A stretch of 64,000 nucleotides of DNA from Chitinivibrionales bacterium (GCA_038247415.1 JBBRUX010000002.1:32001-96000), one strand, 5' to 3'. Counted from the stretch's first letter, positions 27,251 to 37,706 are shown. The notes: generated by a model not told the origin, from the letters alone. A program made the numbers and translations.

Positions 27251-29608
27251 CTATTTCCCGTATTTCCATATTTTCTGCTTCGCACCAAACAACTGAATCG
27301 TTTTTTCTTGTTTTTTTAAAGAGGGCACTTCATTCCCATCCTTACATACGCTTACGTGCTCGAATAAATTCAATGTTAGGGGAAAAAAGCGAACCGGTTT
27401 ATATCCTTCAGATAGTGTTTTAATATCAATTGTTAATTCCGATGCATTAACGCTCATGACAATTTCATAGGTCGATTGTGTGCCATTTCGATATTCAAAC
27501 GATTCCCCATCGTCAGCTGTATATACATACCGCCACGTGCCGTTGGCGTTTGGTGCAACACAAAGAAGAAATTCGATATTTGTCAAATCAATTGCATTAT
27601 CCAATCGAATCCCTGGTTGCAGCGGAATAATTGCCCCTTCACGAATAAAAAGCGGCGTTGAATCTTTTTTCTTTTCTGCCTTTATAATCTGATTTCCACT
27701 AACCCATTCGAGGGTATCTGCACGATACCACGCACAATTCGGCAAAACTATTGTTCGAGATTTTTCTTTCTCTTTTACAAAGGGGGCCTGCATAATAGAG
27801 GGGCCAATCATACATTGATCATCGATGGTACCTAATGCGAGATTATCGGTATCTTCGAAATCATAAAAGAGCGGGCGCAAAATCGCTTCGCCCTGTATTG
27901 CTTGATTGATAAATAAATTATAGATATAGGGCATAAGGGTATAGCGCAATCTGACATAGCGCCGTAGGAGCTTGTGTACCGAATCTGAAAATTCCCAAGG
28001 CTCCTGTTGTTTGGTGCCCATACAGGTATGATTGCGTAAAAATGGAAACAAAAACCCAGCCTTCATCCAATCGAGCATGAGCTGTTCATTGGTATCACCG
28101 CCAAACCCACCTACATCGGGGCCATTAAAGGGCATTCCCGACAAAGCAAGATTAATAGACTTTCCAATACTCATAGACAAATGAGCATAATTAGAACAAT
28201 TATCACCTGTCCAGTTCCCAGAATATTTTTGAGATCCCGTAAACCCACTTCGTGCAATAAGAAAAGGTCTTTTGTTAGGAAACGCTTGCAACGCCCCCGC
28301 ATACGACGCCTTAGACATAAGCATTGCATACTGATTATGAAAAGCCGCATGTTCCACTGTGCCATTTTTAAAAAGCATTCCTCCACAATCCACAGGACCC
28401 GTAGACGGATCATTCATATCAAGCCATGCTCCAGAAAATCCTGCTTTTAAAAGTGATGCATACTTTTGAGCCCACCACGTTTGTGTTTGTTCTAAAGAAA
28501 AATCGGGAAAGGCTGTATACCCTGGCCACACCATACCTATAAAGTCTTTACCAGCGGCGTTTTTGCAAAAAACATCTAAGTGCGTTCCACTATCGTAAAC
28601 ACTATATCCAATTTCTTGCTTTACACCTGGATCAACAATCGGAATAACCTTATATCCACGATCTGTAATGGATTTAAGATTTGTCTCTATATCCGGAAAG
28701 TGCTTTGTGTCATGCGTAAATACCCGAAACCCATCCATGTAATCGATATCCAGCCATAACCCACTCACAGGAAACTGATGCAATTCAAATGAATCTGCCA
28801 AATATTCTAGATCTTTTATTCCTGCATAACCCCATCTGCACTGATGAAAGCCTAGCGCCCACACGGGAGGCAGCGCACTCTTGCCCGTAAGATTCTGCAT
28901 CTTCCGTGTTAACTCAGGAAGCGATGGCCCATACAATATATACAGCGATGGTTGCCCATTTTCTGCTCCAAGATACAGCGCATTATTCGAGACACCAATA
29001 GCTGTAGTTTGGTTTGCAATTGTTGCAGAAGGGGAAATAGAAATATATGACGGATAAGGATTATCTATCAGAATGGCACAATAGCGGTTTTTCTGCTTGA
29101 TTATCACATAGGGTATAGAAATATAATCGGGATCATACGCAGCCTGACTAATAGGGCTTTTATCAAAATCAGCCCATGCATCGGTGTTCCAAAATTTATG
29201 GACTCTGCCGGATTTTTCAAACGGAGTGCTTTTCTCGCCCATCCCGTAAAATTGCATATCAGCGTGCTGTTCAAATTGGAACATCCACGAATTGCCACAT
29301 ACTCCAAATGCCGCTGTAAGCGTAGACAAAAGCGAATCGTCGTTGTGCTGCAAACGAAAAGATCCATGCTCGCCAACACTCAACCGAGATTGCGCGGTTG
29401 TGCATGATGTATCTGGCTGTGCAAACGGGGTTAGTTCCGAACAGCAATAATTTTCTGGCCAAAGCTCTGCATTATTCACAGAAACATGGTATACCCCATT
29501 ACCATCGCCCACCGATTTAAAACTAAAACTTTTTAAAGATTCTGCATCTAGGCAATCTTCTCCCAAAAAATTAAAATTTTTGGGATGCTGATACTTATTG
29601 AAATACAT
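27251..29608 (-). CDS. Glycoside hydrolase family 31 (alpha-glucosidase-like)
   Basis: FYGMGEK, WALGFHQCRWGY, WLDIDYMDG, WLDMNDPS (nucleophile), WTGDN, GPDVGGF and FLRNH. Confidence 0.93.
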   Translation of the reverse strand: MYFNKYQHPKNFNFLGEDCLDAESLKSFSFKSVGDGNGVYHVSVNNAELWPENYCCSELTPFAQPDTSCTTAQSRLSVGEHGSFRLQHNDDSLLSTLTAAFGVCGNSWMFQFEQHADMQFYGMGEKSTPFEKSGRVHKFWNTDAWADFDKSPISQAAYDPDYISIPYVIIKQKNRYCAILIDNPYPSYISISPSATIANQTTAIGVSNNALYLGAENGQPSLYILYGPSLPELTRKMQNLTGKSALPPVWALGFHQCRWGYAGIKDLEYLADSFELHQFPVSGLWLDIDYMDGFRVFTHDTKHFPDIETNLKSITDRGYKVIPIVDPGVKQEIGYSVYDSGTHLDVFCKNAAGKDFIGMVWPGYTAFPDFSLEQTQTWWAQKYASLLKAGFSGAWLDMNDPSTGPVDCGGMLFKNGTVEHAAFHNQYAMLMSKASYAGALQAFPNKRPFLIARSGFTGSQKYSGNWTGDNCSNYAHLSMSIGKSINLALSGMPFNGPDVGGFGGDTNEQLMLDWMKAGFLFPFLRNHTCMGTKQQEPWEFSDSVHKLLRRYVRLRYTLMPYIYNLFINQAIQGEAILRPLFYDFEDTDNLALGTIDDQCMIGPSIMQAPFVKEKEKSRTIVLPNCAWYRADTLEWVSGNQIIKAEKKKDSTPLFIREGAIIPLQPGIRLDNAIDLTNIEFLLCVAPNANGTWRYVYTADDGESFEYRNGTQSTYEIVMSVNASELTIDIKTLSEGYKPVRFFPLTLNLFEHVSVCKDGNEVPSLKKQEKTIQLFGAKQKIWKYGK

Positions 29609-29632
29609 GCGACGTGCTCCTTACACTAAAAT

Positions 29633-29935
29633 TTAGATATTGTAATTAACAACCCTGCGTTCCAATCGAGCTTCCATAATATACGGCATTACTGCTTTAT
29701 GTAAAGGGTGCTCCTGGTAATCATCGAGTGCCTCGCGCGATTCAAACTCCGAATACAACACTACATCTGCACTCGTTTCGGAATTAGAAAAATCCAGACC
29801 TACTTCAATCGCAATCATCCCAGGGATTTTTCCGCACAAATCTTCGAGCTTGTCTTTAATTGCTGTAGCATTTTCTGCCTTCGTTTGCCCATGGGCAGTG
29901 TCTTTAAGTTTCCACATCACAATATGCTTAACCAT
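29633..29935 (-). CDS. Dabb family (stress-responsive A/B barrel) protein
   Basis: MVKHIVMWKLK, IPG, DVVLYSEFES and YQEHPLH. Confidence 0.9.
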   Translation of the reverse strand: MVKHIVMWKLKDTAHGQTKAENATAIKDKLEDLCGKIPGMIAIEVGLDFSNSETSADVVLYSEFESREALDDYQEHPLHKAVMPYIMEARLERRVVNYNI

Positions 29936-30328
29936 TATTATCCCTCTCTTTATGTTTATGTTTGTGCTTGTGCGCCTGCTTTTTCTATCTAGATAGAATT
30001 TAAAGCAGGTGGTGTTACTATCTCATCGATGGTGAATAACTTCTTAAAAACTGTCCTAAAGTATGACAGAATGTTCTATCTCTTTGCAAATCATTTTATT
30101 TATTAACAATTCAAAATAATGCAATGTTTATATCTTCATAAGATATTATGTTTTAATACTATACAACTTTTGTAATAATATTTTTTATTTTACTGATTCA
30201 AATTTCACTGACGATTTTCTTGCTTTTTTTTCCAATTATGGATATATTACTAACGCACCCTTAATTACGACAATTCATGTGAGCACGTATCTTTTACTTT
30301 AAAATAGATATGGGAGGGCTGTTCATCT

Positions 30329-30787
30329 ATGCAGTTACCCAAGTCCAGACGTCGCCAAAAGCTGCGGGAAAAAACATGTCAATATCCGGGCTGTGGAAAA
30401 ATTTTCTTTGGTATTCATATTTCAAAGTATTGTCCCGAACATCGTCAAGATAGATACCGAATTCGCAAGCGCACTAAGCCCGAAGACGTTAACATCAAGA
30501 ATCAGACCTATAAGCATGCTTATACTGAAGTTGTAACAATGGTCATGACGTGCTCACTTGAAGGGTGCGATAATCAATTTGAAGTTAAGATTTATCCGCG
30601 GCAATATGTTTATCCAAAATATTGCCCCACGCATCGAAATGAGTATAAGCGTATTCGACACCTGCAGCAGATCGGACGCGAAGATCTGATCGAACAAATG
30701 AAACAGGAAAGCGAAATGGCCGAGCTAGAAATCGGCGATAAAGAAATAGAAGCTGACCTGCCAGAAGCAATTACCGATGTAGCATAA
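30329..30787 (+). CDS. Hypothetical protein with two C-x4-C...C-x2-H putative zinc fingers
   Basis: CQYPGC...KYCPEHR and CSLEGC...KYCPTHR, a basic N-terminus and an acidic tail. GGGAGG SD and its own terminator. Confidence 0.8.
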   Translation: MQLPKSRRRQKLREKTCQYPGCGKIFFGIHISKYCPEHRQDRYRIRKRTKPEDVNIKNQTYKHAYTEVVTMVMTCSLEGCDNQFEVKIYPRQYVYPKYCPTHRNEYKRIRHLQQIGREDLIEQMKQESEMAELEIGDKEIEADLPEAITDVA

Positions 30788-30810
30788 TTACATTCTGATT
30801 TGTTTTTTTT

Positions 30811-30839
30811 AAAGGGAAAGCATATGCTTTCCCTTTTTT
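30811..30839 (+). terminator. Intrinsic terminator
   Basis: aaagggaaagcat/atgctttccc inverted repeat followed by a T-run. Confidence 0.75.
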
Positions 30840-30907
30840 ATTTGTGCAGAGAATATTTTTATTCATAACGCCATACTCATTTAATCACCTGGAGACTCGC
30901 CATACCA

Positions 30908-32047
30908 ATGAAGACTACAGACTATGAAAGCATAATGAGCAAAACGGTTCCTGGTGTTGATCGTTTTATGAAAAAGACTTTTTCTAAAGTAGAAATTTCC
31001 ATCGAAGACGAGGAATTGCTTAAGAAAGTGTCTTCAGGGGCCTCGCTTATTACCTGCACCCATCGCAGCCATTGTGATTATTTTTTGCTGGGTGAGCTTT
31101 TATGGAAAGAAAAATATTTTTCTAATATCCGCTTTGCCGCTGGTGATAACCTAACCACGCTTCCTATTTTAGGCCAAAAATTTCTTAATTGGGGTGCCTT
31201 TCCCGTTTCACGCGATAGAGCTAACGATCGAAATTACATCCTTGAATTATGCAACCAATCCGTTGAAATGCTCGAACAAAAGCAAAATATCATTGTTTTT
31301 CCCGAAGGCGGGCGAAGTTACAAAGGAGAAATGCTCGAAATCAAGCAAACCCTTTTGGGCTCTGGTGTATTGGCTCAATCTCGTAATCCAGACAAAGATT
31401 TTTATTTTGTTCCCGTTGCTATATCGTATGAACAATTACCAGAATTACTTTATTTTAAAACCGTAGAAGACGGTAAAAAACTTCGCAAAGACGGCAAAGG
31501 TTGGTGGGATGCATTAAAAGGCAACGCTCTCTATTTTGGAGGTGATCTTTATGCCTTTGGTAAATTTCTTTTCGCCCATCGATTTCATAAAAACTATGGA
31601 CGCGTGTATGTAGATATTGGTAAACCAATTCTTATTCGCGAAGCGGCCGATCTTATAACCCTTTTTAATCCAAAAGCCCCCAACGAATTTTGGGGACACA
31701 GAACTGCCCTTAAACAGATTGCCGCTCAACTGAGAACGACGCTCCTTTCTCTGTATCGAATCCTTCCTCACCATGTGGTAGCGTACCTTATTATCAAAAA
31801 AGGGTGCTCATCAAAACACTCCTGCTTTGTTGCAGCCGAAGGCATTGTCGACCAGATCATAACTGCTGGGCTTAATACAAAAACGCTTTCATCACTTACC
31901 ACACGCGAGATTATTACTCAAGGACTATCCCTGCTCTCTATCATGAAAGGCATTCGCCTTCACAATGATGCTCTTGAAACACTAAACCCCGATGTAATTT
32001 CGTATTACTCTCAAACTCTTATTCCTCATCTTGTGGAGCAACAATAA
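30908..32047 (+). CDS. Glycerolipid acyltransferase (PlsB/PlsC family)
   Basis: THRSHCD (HX4D), FAAGDNL, GAFPVSR, FPEGGRS and VPVAISYE. Confidence 0.85.
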   Translation: MKTTDYESIMSKTVPGVDRFMKKTFSKVEISIEDEELLKKVSSGASLITCTHRSHCDYFLLGELLWKEKYFSNIRFAAGDNLTTLPILGQKFLNWGAFPVSRDRANDRNYILELCNQSVEMLEQKQNIIVFPEGGRSYKGEMLEIKQTLLGSGVLAQSRNPDKDFYFVPVAISYEQLPELLYFKTVEDGKKLRKDGKGWWDALKGNALYFGGDLYAFGKFLFAHRFHKNYGRVYVDIGKPILIREAADLITLFNPKAPNEFWGHRTALKQIAAQLRTTLLSLYRILPHHVVAYLIIKKGCSSKHSCFVAAEGIVDQIITAGLNTKTLSSLTTREIITQGLSLLSIMKGIRLHNDALETLNPDVISYYSQTLIPHLVEQQ

Positions 32048-33447
32048 TGCCGTTTCACCAATACCTCTCTCTTCCTACGGCAGTTGAACTCGAGAGCACC
32101 GATAAAATTTCTGCCATTAGTGAACTTATCTCAATCCTTTGCAAAGCAGAGGGCATCAAACGCCCAAAATCTATTGTTGCAGAGGTTCTTAAACGTGAAG
32201 AATCATCGTCTACCTTTATAGGAATGGGCATTGCAATTCCACATACGCGCGGTGCAATTAAAGATGATTTTGCCATTCTCATTGGGCGAAGTATCGAGGG
32301 CGTTAATTTCGATGCAGCTCGGGGAGCATTAGCTCATATCATTGTTCTGGTAATAGGCAACCAAGACGAAACAGATTATAGCAAACAAATTCTTTTGCTC
32401 TCCGAAATTGCCTCATGTTTTAAATCCGAAATTGTGCGCGATCAAATATTAAGCCATAAAGTTCCCGCAGATGTTAAGGCGATTATATCATCCTTCATGC
32501 TTTCGAGTAGTACATTCGATCTGCGTGGCATAAGTAAATCTACTTCAAAGATATCCGATCCTGTTCTTTCGGCCGCATCGGGACTTGCAAAAGATATCAA
32601 AGCTGCTGCAATTTTTATTTTTGCCGATGCTGTTTTAGAAAACGATTTTATCGATAAGCTTCGCGTTAAGCAAAATATTGTTGTAGTCTCTAGTGTTAAA
32701 ACGCGATTCGATCCAGAAGACAAACGAATAAAAGCATGCATACAGGCCCCGCCATTTCTTTCTTCTCGCACCGGGCAATTAAAAATTGGTGTCCTTTTAG
32801 CACTCTCACGCAATCTGATTTCCAAAGAAGATCGTATAGTTTGCATCAGTGGTAACTCTAAAAGTGGTGAACTCGATACAATTGTTGCCATCGATATTGC
32901 GCGTGAATACGAATTCTACTTTACAACACCACAAACGGTTTTGCCTCCCGATGTAGAACCTGGTGTTCTAGAACGCATTCTTGGACTTGCAGGTGAAATA
33001 GCAGTGGAAGGCCGTGAAGGTAGACCTACAGGGACAATTTTTGTGGTGGGTGATACCAACACGGTTAATTCTCATGTACGGCAGCTCATTATTAATCCTT
33101 TTAGAGGCTATTCAGAGGCCGAGCGCAATATTATGGATCCCGGCCTCGACGAAACCATCAAAGAATTCGCCTCTATAGATGGTGCCTTTATTATCACCGG
33201 AGATGGTATTGTTCTCTCTGCTGGCAGCTATCTACGCCCTCTGGCCGACATTGACAACCTCCCGAGTGGTTTGGGCACACGGCACACCGCTGCCGCTGGA
33301 ATAACCGCCTGCAGCAATGCTTTGGCCATAGCAGTTTCGGAATCTACCGGTGCCATTACCCTCTTTAAAAATGGGGCGGTTTTATTATCTCTTTCTAAGC
33401 CTGTTATGTATGGCAAAGGAGTTCTTCCTCGAATAAACATGCAATAG
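32047..33447 (+). CDS. PTS EIIA (Ntr/Fru-type) domain fused to a DacZ-type diadenylate cyclase
   Basis: EIIA: REESSSTFIGMGIAIPH. Middle DacZ-like domain. DAC: EGREGRPTGTIFVVGD, NPFRG, EFASIDGAF, GTRHTAAAGIT and VSESTG. Confidence 0.88.
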   Translation: MPFHQYLSLPTAVELESTDKISAISELISILCKAEGIKRPKSIVAEVLKREESSSTFIGMGIAIPHTRGAIKDDFAILIGRSIEGVNFDAARGALAHIIVLVIGNQDETDYSKQILLLSEIASCFKSEIVRDQILSHKVPADVKAIISSFMLSSSTFDLRGISKSTSKISDPVLSAASGLAKDIKAAAIFIFADAVLENDFIDKLRVKQNIVVVSSVKTRFDPEDKRIKACIQAPPFLSSRTGQLKIGVLLALSRNLISKEDRIVCISGNSKSGELDTIVAIDIAREYEFYFTTPQTVLPPDVEPGVLERILGLAGEIAVEGREGRPTGTIFVVGDTNTVNSHVRQLIINPFRGYSEAERNIMDPGLDETIKEFASIDGAFIITGDGIVLSAGSYLRPLADIDNLPSGLGTRHTAAAGITACSNALAIAVSESTGAITLFKNGAVLLSLSKPVMYGKGVLPRINMQ

Positions 33448-33513
33448 ATTGATTTTTAAAAAGTTACAATCCTATTTTACTAAATTTTACTACAATTATC
33501 AAAGGAATAGTTC

Positions 33514-34863
33514 ATGGCACAGGCTCGTATTACCTTCGACGACAAAACCCTCTCCTCTGTCATTCAACCTTCTGAAATTGCTGCATTTGCCGAATCTATT
33601 GCAGCCGCAGAAAAAATGCTTGCAGATAAAACGGGCCTTGGTTCAGATTTTCTTGGCTGGCTTAATCTTCCTCGAGAAACAACCGACGCTACACTCGAGG
33701 CAATCTCTGCCAAGGCTGCCGACCTTCGCGCAAAAGGCGATATCATGATTTGTATTGGGATTGGTGGTTCGTATCTTGGATCTAAAGCTGCGCTGGAATT
33801 TCTTGGATCTACTTTCGACGACCAACGTAAACCTCGGGTTATCTTTGCTGGTCACAATCTCAATTCCGATTATCTTGCCGATTTATCAGATCTTATTGCA
33901 ACCCGCGATGTTGTTGTAAACGTTATTTCAAAATCGGGAACAACCACCGAACCGGGTGTTGTATTTCGTATTATTCGCTCGTGGATGGAAAAAAAATATG
34001 GGCGCAAAGGTGCTGCAGAACGAATTGTTGCAACAACCGACCCTGCAAAAGGCGCTCTTCGTAAACTTGCAACCGAAGAAAGTTATGCCACGTTTCCTAT
34101 TCCTTCTGATGTGGGGGGAAGATTTTCGGTTCTAACTGCAGTTGGTTTGCTTCCTATCGCCTATGCGGGAATCGACATTAAAAAACTCATTAAAGGTGCA
34201 CAAGAAGCACAATCTTTTTGTAGCGGATCCGACCTTACTAAAAATATTGCTGCACGCTATGCAGTAACGCGTAATATTCTTTTGCGTCGGGGTAAAGTTA
34301 TCGAAATGATGGCAACCTTTCAACCTCAGCTTCATTTTATTGGCGAATGGTACAAGCAGCTCGCTGGCGAATCCGAAGGTAAAAACGAAACAGGTATTTT
34401 TCCTTCAGTTCTCGATTATACTACCGACCTCCATTCTCTTGGACAATGGATGCAGCAAGGTATTCGTAATGTTTTCGAAACCTTTATTCGCATTAAGAAA
34501 ACTCGTTCTACTCTTGTTGTTCCTCGCTTCGACCAAGATGATGATGGACTTAACTATCTTCACAACGTAAGCATCGAGGAAATTAACGAAAACGCTTACA
34601 AAGGAACACTGCTTGCGCATATGGATGGTGGCGTTCCTGCTGCAACCATTATTTGCGACGACAGAAGCGAAGAAACACTGGGTCAGCTGTTTTACTTTTT
34701 CGAAAAAACCATCGCTCTTTCTGGTTATATTCTTCGAGTCAATCCATTCGACCAACCTGGGGTAGAAGCATACAAAGAAAACATGTTTGCATTGCTGTCT
34801 AAAAAAGGTTTCGAAGCACAAGGTGAAATTCTTAAAGGCCGCCTCGCTAAATTAGGACAATAA
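33514..34863 (+). CDS. pgi: Glucose-6-phosphate isomerase
   Basis: [47 protein letters not shown] and [12 protein letters not shown]. Confidence 0.96.
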   Translation: MAQARITFDDKTLSSVIQPSEIAAFAESIAAAEKMLADKTGLGSDFLGWLNLPRETTDATLEAISAKAADLRAKGDIMICIGIGGSYLGSKAALEFLGSTFDDQRKPRVIFAGHNLNSDYLADLSDLIATRDVVVNVISKSGTTTEPGVVFRIIRSWMEKKYGRKGAAERIVATTDPAKGALRKLATEESYATFPIPSDVGGRFSVLTAVGLLPIAYAGIDIKKLIKGAQEAQSFCSGSDLTKNIAARYAVTRNILLRRGKVIEMMATFQPQLHFIGEWYKQLAGESEGKNETGIFPSVLDYTTDLHSLGQWMQQGIRNVFETFIRIKKTRSTLVVPRFDQDDDGLNYLHNVSIEEINENAYKGTLLAHMDGGVPAATIICDDRSEETLGQLFYFFEKTIALSGYILRVNPFDQPGVEAYKENMFALLSKKGFEAQGEILKGRLAKLGQ

Positions 34864-34868
34864 TACCT

Positions 34869-35285
34869 ATGAAGTCATTTCGGGAAACACTCGAATTTAC
34901 TATTTCTACCCGGCGCGATTATATCAATATCACGCCGCGTGTAGAAGAAATACTTGCTAAAAGCGGTATTCAAGAAGGTTTATGCCTTGTCAATGCCATG
35001 CACATTACTGCAAGCGTCTACATTAATGATGATGAACCTGGTTTACTCAAAGACTACGACGATTGGCTCGAACACTTGGCTCCACATGCCCCGGTAAGCC
35101 ACTATCGCCACAATGGCTTCGAAGATAATGGCGACGCTCATTTAAAACGTCAAATTATGGGCAGAGAGGTTGTTGTAGCTGTTACAAAAGGGAACCTTGA
35201 TCTGGGCCCCTGGGAACAGATTTTTTACGGGGAGTTCGATGGTCGCAGGCCGAAACGCGTTTTAGTAAAAATTATCGGCGAATAA
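34869..35285 (+). CDS. yjbQ: YjbQ/UPF0047 family protein
   Basis: [20 protein letters not shown] and [16 protein letters not shown]. Confidence 0.9.
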   Translation: MKSFRETLEFTISTRRDYINITPRVEEILAKSGIQEGLCLVNAMHITASVYINDDEPGLLKDYDDWLEHLAPHAPVSHYRHNGFEDNGDAHLKRQIMGREVVVAVTKGNLDLGPWEQIFYGEFDGRRPKRVLVKIIGE

Positions 35286-35297
35286 AGGAGTTGCTCG

Positions 35298-36077
35298 ATG
35301 TCTCCTACGCTACGATTTATTCTCGAAGAGAGCAATTCTCCTGCATTCAATATGGCTGCCGATTCTTGGCTCTTTACCACGGCACACAAGCGAGAAGAAA
35401 TTGTTATCCGTTTTTATGGCTGGGATCCCGCTTCTATTTCTTTGGGGTATATGCAAAACCCAACACTGGATCTTGACCTTTCTGCACTGCGCACGCAAAA
35501 AATTGGTTTTGTCAAGCGCATTACCGGGGGAAGAGCCATATACCACGATACCGATCTCACCTATTCGGTGTCATTTTCCACGGCCCATGCAATGCTAGGA
35601 TCCACTATTCGCCAAACATACAAACTCATTGCGCAATGCCTTTGCAACGGACTTGCTCTTGGGGGATTAGAAACTAATTTTCATACCAAAGAAATCGATC
35701 CACGCGCAGTACGATCCAATACAAAATTGCCCTGTTTTTTGGCTCCTAACCGTGATGAAGTAATGGTTGACAATAAAAAGCTTATCGGTTCAGCTCAAAA
35801 ACGAGGAAGTCCTGGTGTTTTGCAGCACGGGTCTATTCCCCTTTCAATGGCTTTCGCGCAACTTCCCGATTTTCTTTCGATATCAAACGAAGAGCGCACT
35901 GCGCAAAAAAAACTTCTAATTTCATCCTGTACCTGCATTCACGCGTCTGCACCATCTTTAACAAAAGATAAACTCGTTTCACTGCTGTGTACGGGATTTG
36001 CAGAAACTCTTGCGTTGCCTGCAGAATATGTCGGCTGGACTCAACAAGAAAAAGATGCCATTAATGCCTGCGGGTAA
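35298..36077 (+). CDS. Lipoate-protein ligase / octanoyltransferase (LplA/LipM-like, catalytic domain only)
   Basis: FNMAAD, RFYGW, SLGYMQ, KRITGGRAIYHD, KKLIGSAQKR and LQHGSI. Confidence 0.85.
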   Translation: MSPTLRFILEESNSPAFNMAADSWLFTTAHKREEIVIRFYGWDPASISLGYMQNPTLDLDLSALRTQKIGFVKRITGGRAIYHDTDLTYSVSFSTAHAMLGSTIRQTYKLIAQCLCNGLALGGLETNFHTKEIDPRAVRSNTKLPCFLAPNRDEVMVDNKKLIGSAQKRGSPGVLQHGSIPLSMAFAQLPDFLSISNEERTAQKKLLISSCTCIHASAPSLTKDKLVSLLCTGFAETLALPAEYVGWTQQEKDAINACG

Positions 36078-37236
36078 TTTCAATATTTTATCGGCAGTTC
36101 CATCCTACTCTCTCTATCTTCATATTCCTTTTTGCTCCTCGTTTTGTACCTATTGTGATTTTTACTCCATATCCTATAATGAAACTCTTATTGACACCTT
36201 TATACAGTCACTGATAACCGAATTTTCTTATTATGAAAATCTTTATGATCTTAGTGCCATTCCGGTTTCAAGCATTTTTATAGGCGGGGGGACTCCCACA
36301 ACTTTATCGCCAAAAGCTTTTAAACAATTAGATGCCGCTCTCTTTTCAAAGCTTAACCGCGGGCCAGGTTTCGAATGGACCATAGAATGCAATCCCGAAA
36401 GCTTTACCAACGAGCATGCAGAATGTTTTTTGGAAATGGGTGTAACCCGTTTAACGTTTGGCATGCAAACACTTATTCCCCAAGAACAAAAACATATTGG
36501 GCGAATATATAATGAATCACTGATTGCAATTCTTATGCATAATCCTATCCTCCAAAAATTTACATCGATTGGGGTGGATATCATTTTTGGATTACCTACT
36601 CAAACACTATCGACGCTAGAGTATACCCTTGACAGATTGCTTTCTTTTCCACGCATTAATCATCTCAGCGCATACGAACTAGATCTTCATCCTTCTACTC
36701 CCCTCTTTGATCAAAAAGACCGCCTCCCTTTTCCCGATGAAGACACGATTTCGAATATGTACGATCTTATTGTAACAAAAACATCAGCACAAAAACTTCA
36801 TCGTTATGAGATATCAAATTATGCACTGCAAGGGTTTGAATCTATCCACAATAATGCCTACTGGAATCATCTTCCCTACATAGGACTTGGTCCATCTGCG
36901 CACTCCTTTTTTAATGGCAACCGCTACGCAAATTATTCTGATATCTCTTTATATATCAATGCATTAAAGGATTTGAAGAGCGCTACAGAATTCCGCGAAG
37001 TTTTAACGCCCACAATGATTTCGGATGAAATGATTTTTTTAAATTTGAGAACAACCAAAGGTCTGAATGAAAATGATTTTTTCTTAAAAACTGGATGTGT
37101 TTTTTATGAGGGAAAAAGAATAAAGAGCCTTGATCGTTTCATCACCCAACGGCTCGTGCTTCATGAAAATGAATACTTTAAGCTGTCAGACCGAGGAATG
37201 AAAATTGCGGATGCTATTATTAGAGAGTTGGTATAA
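36064..37236 (+). CDS. hemW: Radical SAM heme chaperone HemW (HemN-like)
   Basis: LYLHIPFCSSFCTYCDF, FIGGGTPT, ECNPE, YEISNYA, HNNAYW and GLGPSAHS. Confidence 0.85.
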   Translation: MPAGNFNILSAVPSYSLYLHIPFCSSFCTYCDFYSISYNETLIDTFIQSLITEFSYYENLYDLSAIPVSSIFIGGGTPTTLSPKAFKQLDAALFSKLNRGPGFEWTIECNPESFTNEHAECFLEMGVTRLTFGMQTLIPQEQKHIGRIYNESLIAILMHNPILQKFTSIGVDIIFGLPTQTLSTLEYTLDRLLSFPRINHLSAYELDLHPSTPLFDQKDRLPFPDEDTISNMYDLIVTKTSAQKLHRYEISNYALQGFESIHNNAYWNHLPYIGLGPSAHSFFNGNRYANYSDISLYINALKDLKSATEFREVLTPTMISDEMIFLNLRTTKGLNENDFFLKTGCVFYEGKRIKSLDRFITQRLVLHENEYFKLSDRGMKIADAIIRELV

Positions 37237-37250
37237 TTCCAATTTTACAA

Positions 37251-37608
37251 TTATTTGACTATCTCATTAAACAAGGCATTTAAGTACTTCCTCTCTGTTT
37301 TTTGTTCTATTCCTTGTTCCCGCCCCATTTGAATCAGGGATTCTTCATGTTTTTTTACTGCAGTTTCCCACATTGTAGATACCTCCATTAAGTCTTGTAT
37401 ATTCTTTATAGGTTTTGCTTTGAGCTTTATCTTTTGGGCAAGATTGCATCCATCGAACAATTGAGTCTACGAGTTCCAAGGTCGATCGCCGTTGTAGAGA
37501 AGAATCGGAAATACCGGCTGTAGCAATTCGCAAGGCCATGAAACGATCAACCGTTGATTGAAATTCAATCAATAAATAAATATAGGTAGCCCTTCCATCC
37601 AAACACAC
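37251..37608 (-). pseudogene. Internally deleted Rpn/YhgA-like (transposase_31, PD-(D/E)XK) gene remnant
   Basis: Fragment TYIYLLIEFQSTVDRFMALR and, in another frame, the C-terminal EVSTMWETAV...GREQGIEQ. Most of the gene is missing. Confidence 0.7.
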
Positions 37609-37706
37609 CCTCGTTACACGGTACTAATTTCGATGTACACATTTTTTTCCTCCTCTTCTCTTTTCTCGCCCTCCATTGTATACTCTATTTAATATCAACC
37701 ATTTAC

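Noticed and set aside
27132..27251. 8-bp inverted repeat (ggggcttg/caagcccc) with an internal hairpin between convergent genes
   Set aside because: Too short to call a MITE without a second copy; may just be terminator structure.
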